Positions 8,435-17,475 of a DNA stretch of 64,000 bases are shown here, piece after piece. Location of the stretch: assembly GCA_964648975.1 (NCBI GenBank), contig CAZYLN010000001.1:54793-118792 (forward strand), read 5' to 3'. Position 1 is the stretch's first letter, and each line of letters starts with the position of its first letter. The translations under genes were made by a program, and so were the position numbers. The notes beneath the pieces are model-generated. The model ran no database searches. It saw only the letters and a program-made list of their open reading frames with translations, and had not been told where the DNA came from. This DNA comes from an uncultured Gemmatimonas sp. Lineage in GTDB: Bacteria > Gemmatimonadota > Gemmatimonadetes > Longimicrobiales > Gaopeijiaceae.

Positions 8435-11353
8435 TCACCGCACGTTGTTCTGCTGTTTGTAGTTGAAGTGGAGGTCCTGGTTGGCCTTGAGCGCGACCTC
8501 GAAACGGAACGCCCAGTTCCCCACGGCGGTCTGGGAAAAATCGAAGTGGGCCTCCCAGTCGTGGATATCGCGCGTTACTCGAATCATGTGGTCGTTGAAG
8601 CTACCTCGCTCGAGGTCGTAGGACGTGCGCCAGCTGACTTGCCAGAGTTCCGTGGGGGTGAGCTCGACCGTGCCGCTGAGCATCTGACTCGCCGCGCGTC
8701 GCGAGTCGCGCGGACGCGCGAGCGAATAGCTGAGGTTGGCTCTCCATGTACCGACCGGCTGGTCGCGTAGCGAGCGCCCGCCGCCGAAGGCGCCACGGTC
8801 CTGGCCGGGGATGATCGCGCTCTCGTTCGCGAGCATGTCGTCCAACAGGAACGGATCGTCTTCCAGCTCGTCGCCTTCCACCTGGATGGTGTCGGCGGGT
8901 TCATCCGTGTCGGCTTCCTCGCCGCCGGAGAGGCCCAAGGCACGCCACAGCCCGGAGCGGTTGTCGAGCGAGAAGCCGAGGTTCAAGTCGGCGAGCCTGA
9001 AATCGAATCGGCGCTCCCTGCGAGTCTCACCGCTCGCCAGCCGAACGACCGTGTCGGCGAACAGATCGTGGCTCATCGAAATCGACAACCCTCGCAGGAA
9101 ATCCGAGCTCACCTGGCTGTTGATGCGAGTGGTCTGGAAGCCGAACAGCGGATCGCCCCGCTCGTCCGCCTCGACGAAATCGTACTGCACGGCCGACGTG
9201 CGCAGCGCCAGCAGGGTCACGATGTCCGCCCTGGGCGGCATGGGCCGCGGAGCGTCGGGATCGCCGGTCGCGTCCGCAGCCGCGAGCTCGTCCTGTTCCG
9301 CATCGGCGGTGTCTGCCGTCGACACCCTGCGCTTGGCCTCGAACGTCTGGGTCAGAGTGAGCGAGAGCTCCTTGCGGGGACGGATCTCTCGCCGGCCGAA
9401 GACCCGCTGCTGGAGGTCGGTGGAGGTGACCGCGGGCGCGTAGGAGAACTGAAAAGAAGGCGAGAGCTTGTGCCGTATCGCCTCGAACGGACCCACGCCG
9501 GGGAAGAAGCCGAACAGGTCGGACTTGAGATTCGCACCGACCGTGACACGCGCCGGGCTGCTCACGAACCGGTCGCGGGCGACGTCGACCGTGTCGGACT
9601 GTCGCGCCGTTCCCTGCAGGGACAGCGACGGCGTCAGCGTGGTCGAACCGACCAACTGCTGCTGGTAGCCGACCGAGGTCTGCCAGGCGAGATCCGTCCG
9701 TGCCACGTCCCCCAACGTCGTCGCCGCTCCGGTCGCGGAGTGAGCCGAAGGTACGAGCAGGCTGCCCGACGGCGAGATGCCGAGCGCCACGGACTCGGCG
9801 GGGTGGATCGGAATCTGGAACACGGACGATCGCTGGACGGACAGGCGCTTCGACCAGGACAGGTTTCCCACATTGAAACTCGAGCGTATGCGAGCGTCGA
9901 TGTCCTCGGTATCGGCGTTGGACGATGTGACGGTCTCGCCCACTTGAGGGGTGCGGTCGATCGTCCTGCGCGACCCGCCGGCGCCGCCGGACCAGGTCAG
10001 GTTGTTCCACCAGCTCGCTCGCGCGGGAGGAGCACGGAACAACGTGATCGTCGAAAGGTTGAGCTGCAGTTGGGGCAGAGTCATCCGTACCCGGTCGTCG
10101 GACAGATACTGATCTCGATTGCCGGAGAGCGAGATGTTGCCCCAATCGAAGCGTCGATCGAAGCCGCCCGTGGAGTTGATCGACTGGGTGACCTCGCGAG
10201 GGTCGAAGCTGTTGCGCCGGAGAAACTCGTTGGACGAGCTGTATCTGGCCGCCAGCCTGAGACTCGTGCGCTCATCCATCTGCCACGCGTGTTCGGTGTC
10301 GAAAGCGAATTGCTGGGCGCCGTCGTGTTCCCAGTAGCGACGCACGTTGACGCTGCCCTCTAGGAACTGGCGAGCCCAGGCGTAGCGGAGACGGCCGGTG
10401 AGCGCCGTAAAGTTGTCGCTGAACCAGTCGAGGGCGACGGTCGCGTCGGCGTAGTCGCTCATGGCCCAGTAGAAGCCGATGTTGCTGACTCGACGCCGGT
10501 ATCCGCCAGAGGTCCGAACGATGTCGTTGATGCTGAAGCTGGGCATCAGCAGGCCGCTGGCCCGTCCGCTGCCCAGGCCCTGGGCGATGAAGGGCAGCCA
10601 TGCCACGGGCACATCGCCGAAATAGAGCTTGACCGGGCGGGCGACGAGGATCCGGCCGGCAATGATCTTTACCTCCTTGGCCCTGAAGTGGTAGTGAGGC
10701 ACGTCGAGGTCGCAGGAGGTGAAATGCGTCTCCTCGCCGTACACGGCGTCGGCAGACACCCAGGGCAGGTCGCCCGTCATGTACCAGTCCGCTCCCTCGC
10801 TGTAGTGCGTGCGGGCGCCGAGCGCCGTTCCCCGCGCCTGTTCGAAGTCGACCATCACCTGCTCGCTTTGCACGTCGTCGCCGTCGGCCGGCGTGTAGAC
10901 GGGCCGTCCGATCCCGTCCAGGCGACGCGTCGTCTCGTCGTAGCGGATGACGGAATCGGCCGTCAGCTCCGAGCCCCGTGTCATGAGCGCAGCCCTCTGC
11001 GCGCTGTCCCCGTGAAGCGTCAGCACCCGAGCGGTTGCGTCGAAGTCGGCGGCCAGGCCTTCGTATCGGGTCGCCTCGTAGCCACCGAGCTCGAGGAGCG
11101 CCGTCACGACCGAGTCGCCCGCCAAGCCGCGCGCCCGCGCGCGCGCCGTGGGACGTTGCCCCGCGGTGTCGAGCGGCAGCGTGACGGTGTCGGGCGCGGG
11201 CTCGCGTCCGAGCCGCCCCAGAGCGGCCCGGATGCGGAGCTCGACCGAGTCCTGGGCCTGGGCCTGCAGCGGTGTCGGAGCCGCGCCGAAGACGAGACAG
11301 AGCACCGCCATGAGACGTGGGCCGTGCGGCCGCAGGAGCGCGGCGATCCTCAC
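8435..11353 (-). CDS. lptD: LPS-assembly outer-membrane protein LptD-like
   Basis: Has a signal-like N-terminus (AVLCLVFGAAPTPLQAQA). The LptD-type motifs FTSCDLDVPHYHFRAKEVKI, VPVAWLPF, RASGLLMPSF and FYWAMSDYADATVALDWF are present, followed by a long beta-barrel region. GTG at 11351-11353 overlaps the tatC stop. The 1212-aa track ORF is an over-extension across tatC. Confidence 0.7.
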   Translation of the reverse strand: MRIAALLRPHGPRLMAVLCLVFGAAPTPLQAQAQDSVELRIRAALGRLGREPAPDTVTLPLDTAGQRPTARARARGLAGDSVVTALLELGGYEATRYEGLAADFDATARVLTLHGDSAQRAALMTRGSELTADSVIRYDETTRRLDGIGRPVYTPADGDDVQSEQVMVDFEQARGTALGARTHYSEGADWYMTGDLPWVSADAVYGEETHFTSCDLDVPHYHFRAKEVKIIAGRILVARPVKLYFGDVPVAWLPFIAQGLGSGRASGLLMPSFSINDIVRTSGGYRRRVSNIGFYWAMSDYADATVALDWFSDNFTALTGRLRYAWARQFLEGSVNVRRYWEHDGAQQFAFDTEHAWQMDERTSLRLAARYSSSNEFLRRNSFDPREVTQSINSTGGFDRRFDWGNISLSGNRDQYLSDDRVRMTLPQLQLNLSTITLFRAPPARASWWNNLTWSGGAGGSRRTIDRTPQVGETVTSSNADTEDIDARIRSSFNVGNLSWSKRLSVQRSSVFQIPIHPAESVALGISPSGSLLVPSAHSATGAATTLGDVARTDLAWQTSVGYQQQLVGSTTLTPSLSLQGTARQSDTVDVARDRFVSSPARVTVGANLKSDLFGFFPGVGPFEAIRHKLSPSFQFSYAPAVTSTDLQQRVFGRREIRPRKELSLTLTQTFEAKRRVSTADTADAEQDELAAADATGDPDAPRPMPPRADIVTLLALRTSAVQYDFVEADERGDPLFGFQTTRINSQVSSDFLRGLSISMSHDLFADTVVRLASGETRRERRFDFRLADLNLGFSLDNRSGLWRALGLSGGEEADTDEPADTIQVEGDELEDDPFLLDDMLANESAIIPGQDRGAFGGGRSLRDQPVGTWRANLSYSLARPRDSRRAASQMLSGTVELTPTELWQVSWRTSYDLERGSFNDHMIRVTRDIHDWEAHFDFSQTAVGNWAFRFEVALKANQDLHFNYKQQNNVR

Positions 11354-12144
11354 TGCGGATCCTTCTCCTCTCGATCGGCCTCGACCACGCCCGCTGACGC
11401 CTCCAGCTCGGGCGGCTCGATCACGTTCTCCTCCGGCGCCTTCCTGCGAACGAAGGCCGCCAGCAGGATGCTGACTTCGTAGAGGATGATCAGGGGGAAC
11501 ATCAGCAACGCCGTGACCGCGATGACGTCGCCGGGGCTCAGGAACGCGGCCGTGACCGTTATGATCACGATCGCGTGGCGGCGCTTCGACCTGAGGTACG
11601 CCGGCGTCACCAGCCCGAGCGCCGCCAGAATCATGACGACGACCGGCAGCTCGAACACGATCCCGAACGCCAACAGCAGCCGAACCGTGTACGCGAGGTG
11701 CTGGTCGACCCCGATCGTCCACGCCAGGTATTCCTCCTGGAATCCGTCGAAGAAGCGGAGCGTGAGCGGCAGGGCCACGAAGTAGGCCAGAGCCACACCG
11801 AGAATGAAGAGGCCCAAGCCTGCGTACAGGGCGGGGATGATGATACGCCGCTCGCGTCTCTCCAGCGCCGGAGACATGAACGCCCACACCTGATAAATGA
11901 TGATCGGGAACGAGAGAATGACCCCGACGATCAGCGCCAGCTTCAACTCGATGAAGAAAGGCGTGGCCGGGCTGAAGACGTTGAGCTGGCCGTTGGGCAG
12001 ATAGGGTCGGATGGGGTTGATCAACAGCTCCATGACCCCGTAGTAGTGGACGATTACGAAGCCCACCACGCACGCGATTATGAGCGAGCCGCCAGCCTTG
12101 AAGATGCGCCAGCGCAGCTCTTCGAGGTGATCGAGGAAGGGCAT
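11350..12144 (-). CDS. tatC: twin-arginine translocase subunit TatC
   Basis: MPFLDHLEELRWRIFK... followed by six predicted TM segments, typical of TatC. I prefer the ATG at 12142-12144 with AAGGGGTGAG upstream. An alternative GTG start lies at 12168. Confidence 0.92.
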   Translation of the reverse strand: MPFLDHLEELRWRIFKAGGSLIIACVVGFVIVHYYGVMELLINPIRPYLPNGQLNVFSPATPFFIELKLALIVGVILSFPIIIYQVWAFMSPALERRERRIIIPALYAGLGLFILGVALAYFVALPLTLRFFDGFQEEYLAWTIGVDQHLAYTVRLLLAFGIVFELPVVVMILAALGLVTPAYLRSKRRHAIVIITVTAAFLSPGDVIAVTALLMFPLIILYEVSILLAAFVRRKAPEENVIEPPELEASAGVVEADREEKDPQ

Positions 12145-12189
12145 CTCACCCCTTGCGTTTACGTGCACCGCAAGCTCTCCTGCGCTCGG

Positions 12190-12690
12190 CTACGGGAGCG
12201 GCAACTCGACCTGGTGACGTGCCAGCGCCTCACGCTCGCCGTGCGACTCCAACTCGTCGACGGCGTCTCTGAACTCCCCGGCATCCTGGAAGTTGCGGTA
12301 CACCGACGCGTAGCGAACGTACGCCACGCGGTCGAGCTTCTGCAGTGCTCCCATCACGCGCTCACCGATCCGGGCGCTCTCAACCTCTATCCCGGCCTCT
12401 CGTGAAAGATCCTCCTCGATCGCCTCGACGATGGCTTCGATCTCCGACGCCAAGACCGGCCGCTTCGCGCATGCCGCCTGCACGCTGCCGATCAGCTTGC
12501 CGCGGTCGAAATCCTCGGTGACCTGGCTGCGCTTGATCACTTGAATGGGTCGCCGCTCAACGGACTCGTACGTCGTGAAGCGCTTCCGGCAGACGCCGCA
12601 CTCGCGGCGTCGCCGCACCGCACTTCCGCCCTTGCTGGTGCGGGTGTCCACCACTCGATTGTCGACGGCGTCGCAGTTGGGACAACGCAT
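12190..12690 (-). CDS. nrdR: transcriptional repressor NrdR
   Basis: MRCPNCDAVDNRVVDTR...RRRRECGVCRKRFTTYE is the Zn-ribbon, followed by an ATP-cone. ATG at 12688-12690. Confidence 0.95.
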   Translation of the reverse strand: MRCPNCDAVDNRVVDTRTSKGGSAVRRRRECGVCRKRFTTYESVERRPIQVIKRSQVTEDFDRGKLIGSVQAACAKRPVLASEIEAIVEAIEEDLSREAGIEVESARIGERVMGALQKLDRVAYVRYASVYRNFQDAGEFRDAVDELESHGEREALARHQVELPLP

Positions 12691-12706
12691 GGGGAGGAAG
12701 CTCCGG

Positions 12707-13501
12707 CTACGGGAGCTCCCGGAGCGCCTCCTGGGCCAGCTCGGCGGCGTCACTGTCCGGATAGCTGTTGGCCACTCGCTCGAGGAAGCGAACGCCCTCC
12801 TGGCGGTCCTCGAGTCCGAGGTGCAGGAGTCCGATCCGGTACAGGGCGTCGGGCACGCGCGCCGCGGTGGGGTGGAGTTCCGGGATCTGGCCGAACGTCT
12901 CGATCGCTTCCCGCAGCCGGTCCTGCTGCTCGAGGATGTCGCCGAGATAGAAGCGGGCCTCGGGCGCCAGCACGTGAGCCCCGTAGCGGCCCAGAAAGTC
13001 CTCGAACGCCTGTTGCGCGGTGCCGAGCGAGCCGCGCTGATGAAGTTGGACGGCGGTGTTGTAGGTCTGCTCGGCCAATCCCGACGTGGCTACCGCACCC
13101 CCGAGCTGGTCGGGTCCAGCCGCCTGCGTGCCCGCACCCAGACCCGGCGCCGCGGACAATCCCCCCCGCCCGAGCCCCTCCAGCTGGTCACGCACACTCG
13201 CGATGGTCCTCTGGTTCTGCCCGGTCAGCTCTCGAAGGGTCACGAGCTCGTCCAGGATGCGCTGGAGCCGGCGCGACACGTCGCCCCGAATCTCGAACAG
13301 CTGATCGTTCTGACTTCGGAGCGTGTCCTGCGTGCTGGCAGCCTCGCGCGCCATGAGCGCCAACAGGCTGTCTTGGCGCTCGGCCAGCCCGGCCATCTCG
13401 GCCTCGACCCTGCGCAAGTCGCCCTTGGTTGCACAACCGGCGGAGACGAGCAGGGCGGCGGCTAACGCCGCCGCCCTGGAGGAGCAAGAACTTCTGTTCA
13501 T
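12707..13501 (-). CDS. cpoB: Tol-Pal system protein CpoB/YbgF (lipoprotein form)
   Basis: Has a lipobox LLVSAGC, an N-terminal coiled coil and C-terminal TPRs (YNTAVQLHQRG..., ARFYLGDILEQQDRLREAIETF, ALYRIGLLHL). It lies directly downstream of pal. Confidence 0.85.
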   Translation of the reverse strand: MNRSSCSSRAAALAAALLVSAGCATKGDLRRVEAEMAGLAERQDSLLALMAREAASTQDTLRSQNDQLFEIRGDVSRRLQRILDELVTLRELTGQNQRTIASVRDQLEGLGRGGLSAAPGLGAGTQAAGPDQLGGAVATSGLAEQTYNTAVQLHQRGSLGTAQQAFEDFLGRYGAHVLAPEARFYLGDILEQQDRLREAIETFGQIPELHPTAARVPDALYRIGLLHLGLEDRQEGVRFLERVANSYPDSDAAELAQEALRELP

Positions 13502-13509
13502 GAGGACCT

Positions 13510-14109
13510 TCAGCGTGGCGAGACCAGATCCTCGTCACCGCTGACGGTGAACTGCGCGCGCCGGTTCTGGGCCCACGCTTCTTCGTTGCTCTCGGTCACT
13601 AGCGGCTCCTCCTCTCCGCGGGAGCTCGTTGCGAAACGGCCCTCATCCAATCCGAATCCCGTGAGGAAGGTCCTCACGGACTCGGCGCGCCTAGACCCGA
13701 GGGCGAGGTTGTACTCCGTGGAGCCGCGCTCGTCGGCATGGCCTTCGATCGCAAGGCTGACGGACGGATTCGCGCGGAGGACATCCACCTTCTCGCGGAG
13801 CACGCTTTCGGCGTCGGGCCTGATGGCGGACTCGTCGTAGTCGAAGTTGACCATCTGTTCGAGCGTCATGCGCATCGCGCGTTGCTCGGCCGCGAGGCGC
13901 TCCGCCTCGGCGCGAGCGCGTTCGGCTGCCGCCTCAGCCGCGGCGATCGAGTCGGCGCGGGCACGCGCGATCGAGTCGGCGCGCATCTGCGCCAGCTCCT
14001 CCTCGGTGGGCCCCGTCGGCGCCGGTGGCGGTGGCGGCGGTTCCGGCCTGCAAGCGGCCACGGTCATGACAAGGACCAAGGCGGCGACGGAAAGGCGATG
14101 TGCGGTCAT
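13510..14109 (-). CDS. pal: peptidoglycan-associated lipoprotein Pal (OmpA-family C-terminal domain)
   Basis: Has a lipobox MTVAAC and the OmpA-like motif NFDYDESAIRPD...IEGHADERGSTEYNLALGSRRAESV. ATG at 14107-14109 with a GAGGAG SD. Confidence 0.92.
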   Translation of the reverse strand: MTAHRLSVAALVLVMTVAACRPEPPPPPPAPTGPTEEELAQMRADSIARARADSIAAAEAAAERARAEAERLAAEQRAMRMTLEQMVNFDYDESAIRPDAESVLREKVDVLRANPSVSLAIEGHADERGSTEYNLALGSRRAESVRTFLTGFGLDEGRFATSSRGEEEPLVTESNEEAWAQNRRAQFTVSGDEDLVSPR

Positions 14110-14205
14110 TCCTGCTCCTCGGAAAAGGAAGGGACAGTCGCTAGTGGTCGGCGGGCGCTTCTGCGCCCACATATAGGGTGACGACGGAGGTGGCGCAAGT
14201 AAAGG

Positions 14206-15552
14206 TCAACGCCCGGACAGAGCAGGCGACCACTCCGGCACGGTCACGTCCACGCCCGGGAGAATCACCCTCGTATTGCCGGTGGCAACGTCCACCACGA
14301 ACAGCCCCTTTCCCCAGCGCCGCTCGCCCTTGAAGACCAGGTGCCGCCCGTCCGGCGCCCAGGACGGGTCCTCGTTGTTGCCCTCCCACGTCAGTTGACG
14401 GACCCGCTGGCCCCGCTCCTCCACCCGAGCCACAAGGATGTGGTAGGTCCCGCGGCGGATCGCGCCATGGAACGCCACCATCGCGCCGGTCGGCGACCAG
14501 TCGGGCGCAGTGAAGTAGCCGGGCCGATCGAAGCTGTAGGGCGAGATGACGTCCGCCTCGCCGCCGCGCCCGGGCATCATGTAGATCTGCGGGTTCGCCG
14601 TGCCCAACCGGTTCGAGTTGAACGCCAACCAGTCCCCGTCCGCCGAGTAGACCGGCGATATGTCGTTCCACCGCCCGCCGCTCAGGTGCGTGAGGCAGCA
14701 GTTGCGCTCGATGTTGTATGAGAAGATCCCCGAGCGCACGCCCGAGGTCACGGCGAACGACAGGGTCTCGCCGTCTGGGGAGAACGCCGGCGTGATGTGG
14801 TCGCCGGTGCTCAGAGGCTCGATCATGCGCTCACCGCCCTGCTCCAGCTCCTGGATCCAGGTGCGGGCTACGCCACTCTTGAAGGAGGTGAACGCCAGCC
14901 TGCTCCCGCCGGGCGCCCACGCCGGCGAGAGCACGGTGGCGCCGTGGTCGGTGATGCGTCGCAGGTTCTCACCGTCCGAGTCGATCAAGTACATCTCCTT
15001 GGTGGGCGAACCGGGCGGCGTCATCGAGAAGGCGATCCGACTCGCCGCCATGCCGGGCTCGTCGAACACCCACTCGACGACCCTGTCCGACACCCGGTGC
15101 ACCGCCATGCGGAAGCCCTCCTCGCGCGGGTCGGGCAGATCGAACCTCGCGCTGTCCTTCATGCGCGCGTACACGACGTCGTGGACCTCGAGGTCGAGCA
15201 CGAACCGTTCGCCTTCCGCTTCGACCCGGCCGGTGAGCAGCCAGACGGCGCCCAGGCGGTCCCAGAGGCTGTAGTCCACGCCCTCGCCCGCGAGCGCCTC
15301 CGGGATCGAGTCCATCATCCGGAACCGGTCGGAGTAGCGCAGGTCCCGCGCGATGATTGCCTCGACCTGCGCGGCCGCCGCATCAGCTCCGAGCGAGGGC
15401 GTGAACGGACGAATCCCGAGCACCGGCGTGTACGTCGTCTCGTAGACCAGCCCAAGTGTCACGCCCGGGATGGAGTCGCGCTCCTGGGCGGCGACGCTTT
15501 CGGGCAGGAGCAGCGCCCAAAGGAAGACGACCGACACGCCGCAGTGACGCAT
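14206..15552 (-). CDS. tolB: Tol-Pal system beta-propeller protein TolB
   Basis: Has a signal peptide (VVFLWALLLPESVAAQ) and repeated SP.WSPDG-like blades (SPAWAPGGSRLAF, PAFSPDGETLSF, PVYSADGDWLAF, PDWSPTGAMVAF, PSWAPDGRHLVF). An alternative start lies at 15594. Confidence 0.9.
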   Translation of the reverse strand: MRHCGVSVVFLWALLLPESVAAQERDSIPGVTLGLVYETTYTPVLGIRPFTPSLGADAAAAQVEAIIARDLRYSDRFRMMDSIPEALAGEGVDYSLWDRLGAVWLLTGRVEAEGERFVLDLEVHDVVYARMKDSARFDLPDPREEGFRMAVHRVSDRVVEWVFDEPGMAASRIAFSMTPPGSPTKEMYLIDSDGENLRRITDHGATVLSPAWAPGGSRLAFTSFKSGVARTWIQELEQGGERMIEPLSTGDHITPAFSPDGETLSFAVTSGVRSGIFSYNIERNCCLTHLSGGRWNDISPVYSADGDWLAFNSNRLGTANPQIYMMPGRGGEADVISPYSFDRPGYFTAPDWSPTGAMVAFHGAIRRGTYHILVARVEERGQRVRQLTWEGNNEDPSWAPDGRHLVFKGERRWGKGLFVVDVATGNTRVILPGVDVTVPEWSPALSGR

Positions 15553-15619
15553 CCCGCGCCTCCTCACCCGGTGAGTGACCAATCGGTCAGGCATCGCATT
15601 CCGATGATACTGGTCCGCA

Positions 15620-16339
15620 TCAGCGGAAGATCCCGCTGGCCGATCCCGGCCTGAACGTGAATCGGATCGGAAGGCGATCGTAGGGCAAGTCCTCGGGAAG
15701 CGGACCGAACCGCCCCTGCCCCGCGCACTCCACGACCGCCTCCATTGTCGTGTAGTCGAAGGCCGGGTTGGCGGAGCGACGCAGGAAGCGTGATTCCCGC
15801 ACGGTGCCGTCGTCTTCGATCACGAAGTAGACCTCGGTCTGCGGGGTGCCCGAGCCCGTCCACCTGAAGCAGCGCTGGATCTGCGTGATGATGTTCTCGT
15901 AGTAGAGCGGGTAGTCGCGGCGGAGTCCCTCGATTCGGACGTTGACGGCGTCGGCGGCCGTGGGCGTCGGCTCGGGCTCGGGCCGGCTGGGCGGCTGCGG
16001 ACGGGCCTCCTCGGGCTCGGGTTCCGGCTCGGGCTCGCGTTCGGGTTCCGGCTCGGGTTCGGGTTCCGGGGGCGGCGGCGGCGGCTCCTCGGGCGGCGTG
16101 GGCGGAGCTTCCACGACGACCGCACCCGATTCCGGCTCCGGCAGAGCAACCAACTCGATCTGGTAGGAGACGAACTCGGGGACCGCAGGTGCCGCGGCCA
16201 TCGTGCCCAGCCAACCGGCGAACGCGTGAACGGCGAGCGAACCGAGCGCGTGGCGGCTGCCGGGACGGGCGCGTCGACGCCCGCCGCTGCGTGCGCCCGC
16301 GGAGATACGGGGCGCCGGGCCGGGTCGTTCCTGACTCAC
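15620..16339 (-). CDS. tolA: TolA/TonB-family energy-transducing protein
   Basis: Has an N-terminal hydrophobic anchor, an (EP)n spacer and a TonB-C-like domain. It sits between tolR and tolB. The GTG start overlaps the tolR stop (GTGA at 16336-16339). Confidence 0.7.
   Translation of the reverse strand: MSQERPGPAPRISAGARSGGRRRARPGSRHALGSLAVHAFAGWLGTMAAAPAVPEFVSYQIELVALPEPESGAVVVEAPPTPPEEPPPPPPEPEPEPEPEREPEPEPEPEEARPQPPSRPEPEPTPTAADAVNVRIEGLRRDYPLYYENIITQIQRCFRWTGSGTPQTEVYFVIEDDGTVRESRFLRRSANPAFDYTTMEAVVECAGQGRFGPLPEDLPYDRLPIRFTFRPGSASGIFR
15959..16105 (-). repeat. Pro/Glu dipeptide-repeat coding tract (hexanucleotide GGCTCG/GGTTCC tandem repeats) inside tolA
   Basis: Encodes PPTPPEEPPPPPPEPEPEPEPEREPEPEPEPEE...EPEPTPT. 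A tandem 6-nt periodicity is visible in the DNA. Confidence 0.9.
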
Positions 16340-16752
16340 GGAACCTCGCGCGGCTCGGCCACGAGCTGCAGCGGCATCCCGGCGGCGGCCACGGTCGTGA
16401 TCACGCGCATCATTGTCCCGTGGTACGCGAGCGAGTCTCCTCGGATGTAGACGCGCTCGAACGCGCCGGCCTCTGCGAGCTGCGGGAAGACCTGTTCGAA
16501 TTCGCCGATGGTGAGAGGCGTCTCCTCCACGAATACCGTGGCGTCGGGACGCACCGTGACGATGAAGGGTCGTTCGTTCGACGCAGCGGGCTGAACCTGG
16601 CCCCTGGGCAGGTTCACCTCAACACCGCCCTGCAGGATCGGGGCGGTGATGATGAAGATGACGAGCAGGACGAAGGCGACGTCCACCAGGCTGGTGACGT
16701 TGATGTCCGCCCGAACGGGCAAGTCGTCGCCGCGCGGCCGTCGGCGCCGCAT
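16336..16752 (-). CDS. tolR: biopolymer transport protein TolR/ExbD
   Basis: INVTSLVDVAFVLLVIFIITAP is the ExbD/TolR TM signature. Length is 138 aa. Confidence 0.9.
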   Translation of the reverse strand: MRRRRPRGDDLPVRADINVTSLVDVAFVLLVIFIITAPILQGGVEVNLPRGQVQPAASNERPFIVTVRPDATVFVEETPLTIGEFEQVFPQLAEAGAFERVYIRGDSLAYHGTMMRVITTVAAAGMPLQLVAEPREVP

Positions 16753-16755
16753 CGG

Positions 16756-17475
16756 CTAGACCCTGCCCTCCCGGGCCAGCATGCCTATGAACTCGCTCGA
16801 GAATCCTTCGAGCTCGCTCACCACGAGGTTGAGACGCCCCACGAAGTGGTTGTACGCCAGCACGGACGGGATGGCGACGAAGAGCCCCGCCACGGTCGTG
16901 ACCAGCGCCTGCCCGACGCCCGGCGCCACGGAGGACAGGCTTGAGGAGCCGGTTGCGGCGATTCCGAGGAACACGTCCATCACGCCGATCACGGTCCCGA
17001 GGAGCCCGAGCAAGGGAGATACCGAGCCGATGGCGGCGAGCCACGTCAGCCCGCGCCCCAGCTCGTCGCGCTCCTCGGCTTCTTCCTTCTCGAGAACCAT
17101 GCGGAGGGCTTCCAGCTGCGTGAGCGAGAGACCTTCCCCGACCGGTGCACCTTCGCGGAGCGAGCCGGGCCGCAGCTCGCTGAAGAAGTTGACGCCCTGC
17201 CGGAAGACGCGCCCGTACGGGGAGTCGGGCAGCGCTAGGATCCGCTTGTAGGCGTCTTCCAGCCGGTGCGCCCGCTCGACCTCGTCCAGGAAGCGATCGC
17301 CCTGCTGGCGCACGTCGTGGAACTGCCGCGCCTTCCAGAAGATGAGCCACCAGCTGACGAGCGAGAACAGGAGCAGCACCGACAGGACGATCCACGTGGG
17401 AAGCATGGCTTCCCGAAGCAGTTGCAGCGTGGTGGCCCGGGGCAGGGTCTGGAGGATCAGGGCCAGAGGGTTCAT
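16756..17475 (-). CDS. tolQ: proton-channel protein TolQ/ExbB (MotA family)
   Basis: MNPLALILQ..., three TM helices, and a C-terminal LGLLGTVIGVMDVF...ALVTTVAGLFVAIP motif. The ATG at 17473-17475 overlaps the stop of the upstream epimerase. Confidence 0.9.
   Translation of the reverse strand: MNPLALILQTLPRATTLQLLREAMLPTWIVLSVLLLFSLVSWWLIFWKARQFHDVRQQGDRFLDEVERAHRLEDAYKRILALPDSPYGRVFRQGVNFFSELRPGSLREGAPVGEGLSLTQLEALRMVLEKEEAEERDELGRGLTWLAAIGSVSPLLGLLGTVIGVMDVFLGIAATGSSSLSSVAPGVGQALVTTVAGLFVAIPSVLAYNHFVGRLNLVVSELEGFSSEFIGMLAREGRV

Noticed and set aside
8435-12073. 1212-aa version of the LptD ORF
   Set aside because: The N-terminal 240 aa overlap tatC in a different frame and are Arg/Gly/Pro-rich. 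The signal-peptide-like sequence and the GTGA coupling place the start at 11353.
15959-16105. Hexanucleotide tandem repeat as a possible contingency (phase-variation) locus
   Set aside because: The repeat unit is a multiple of three and encodes the ordinary Pro/Glu spacer of TolA/TonB proteins. Length changes would stay in frame.
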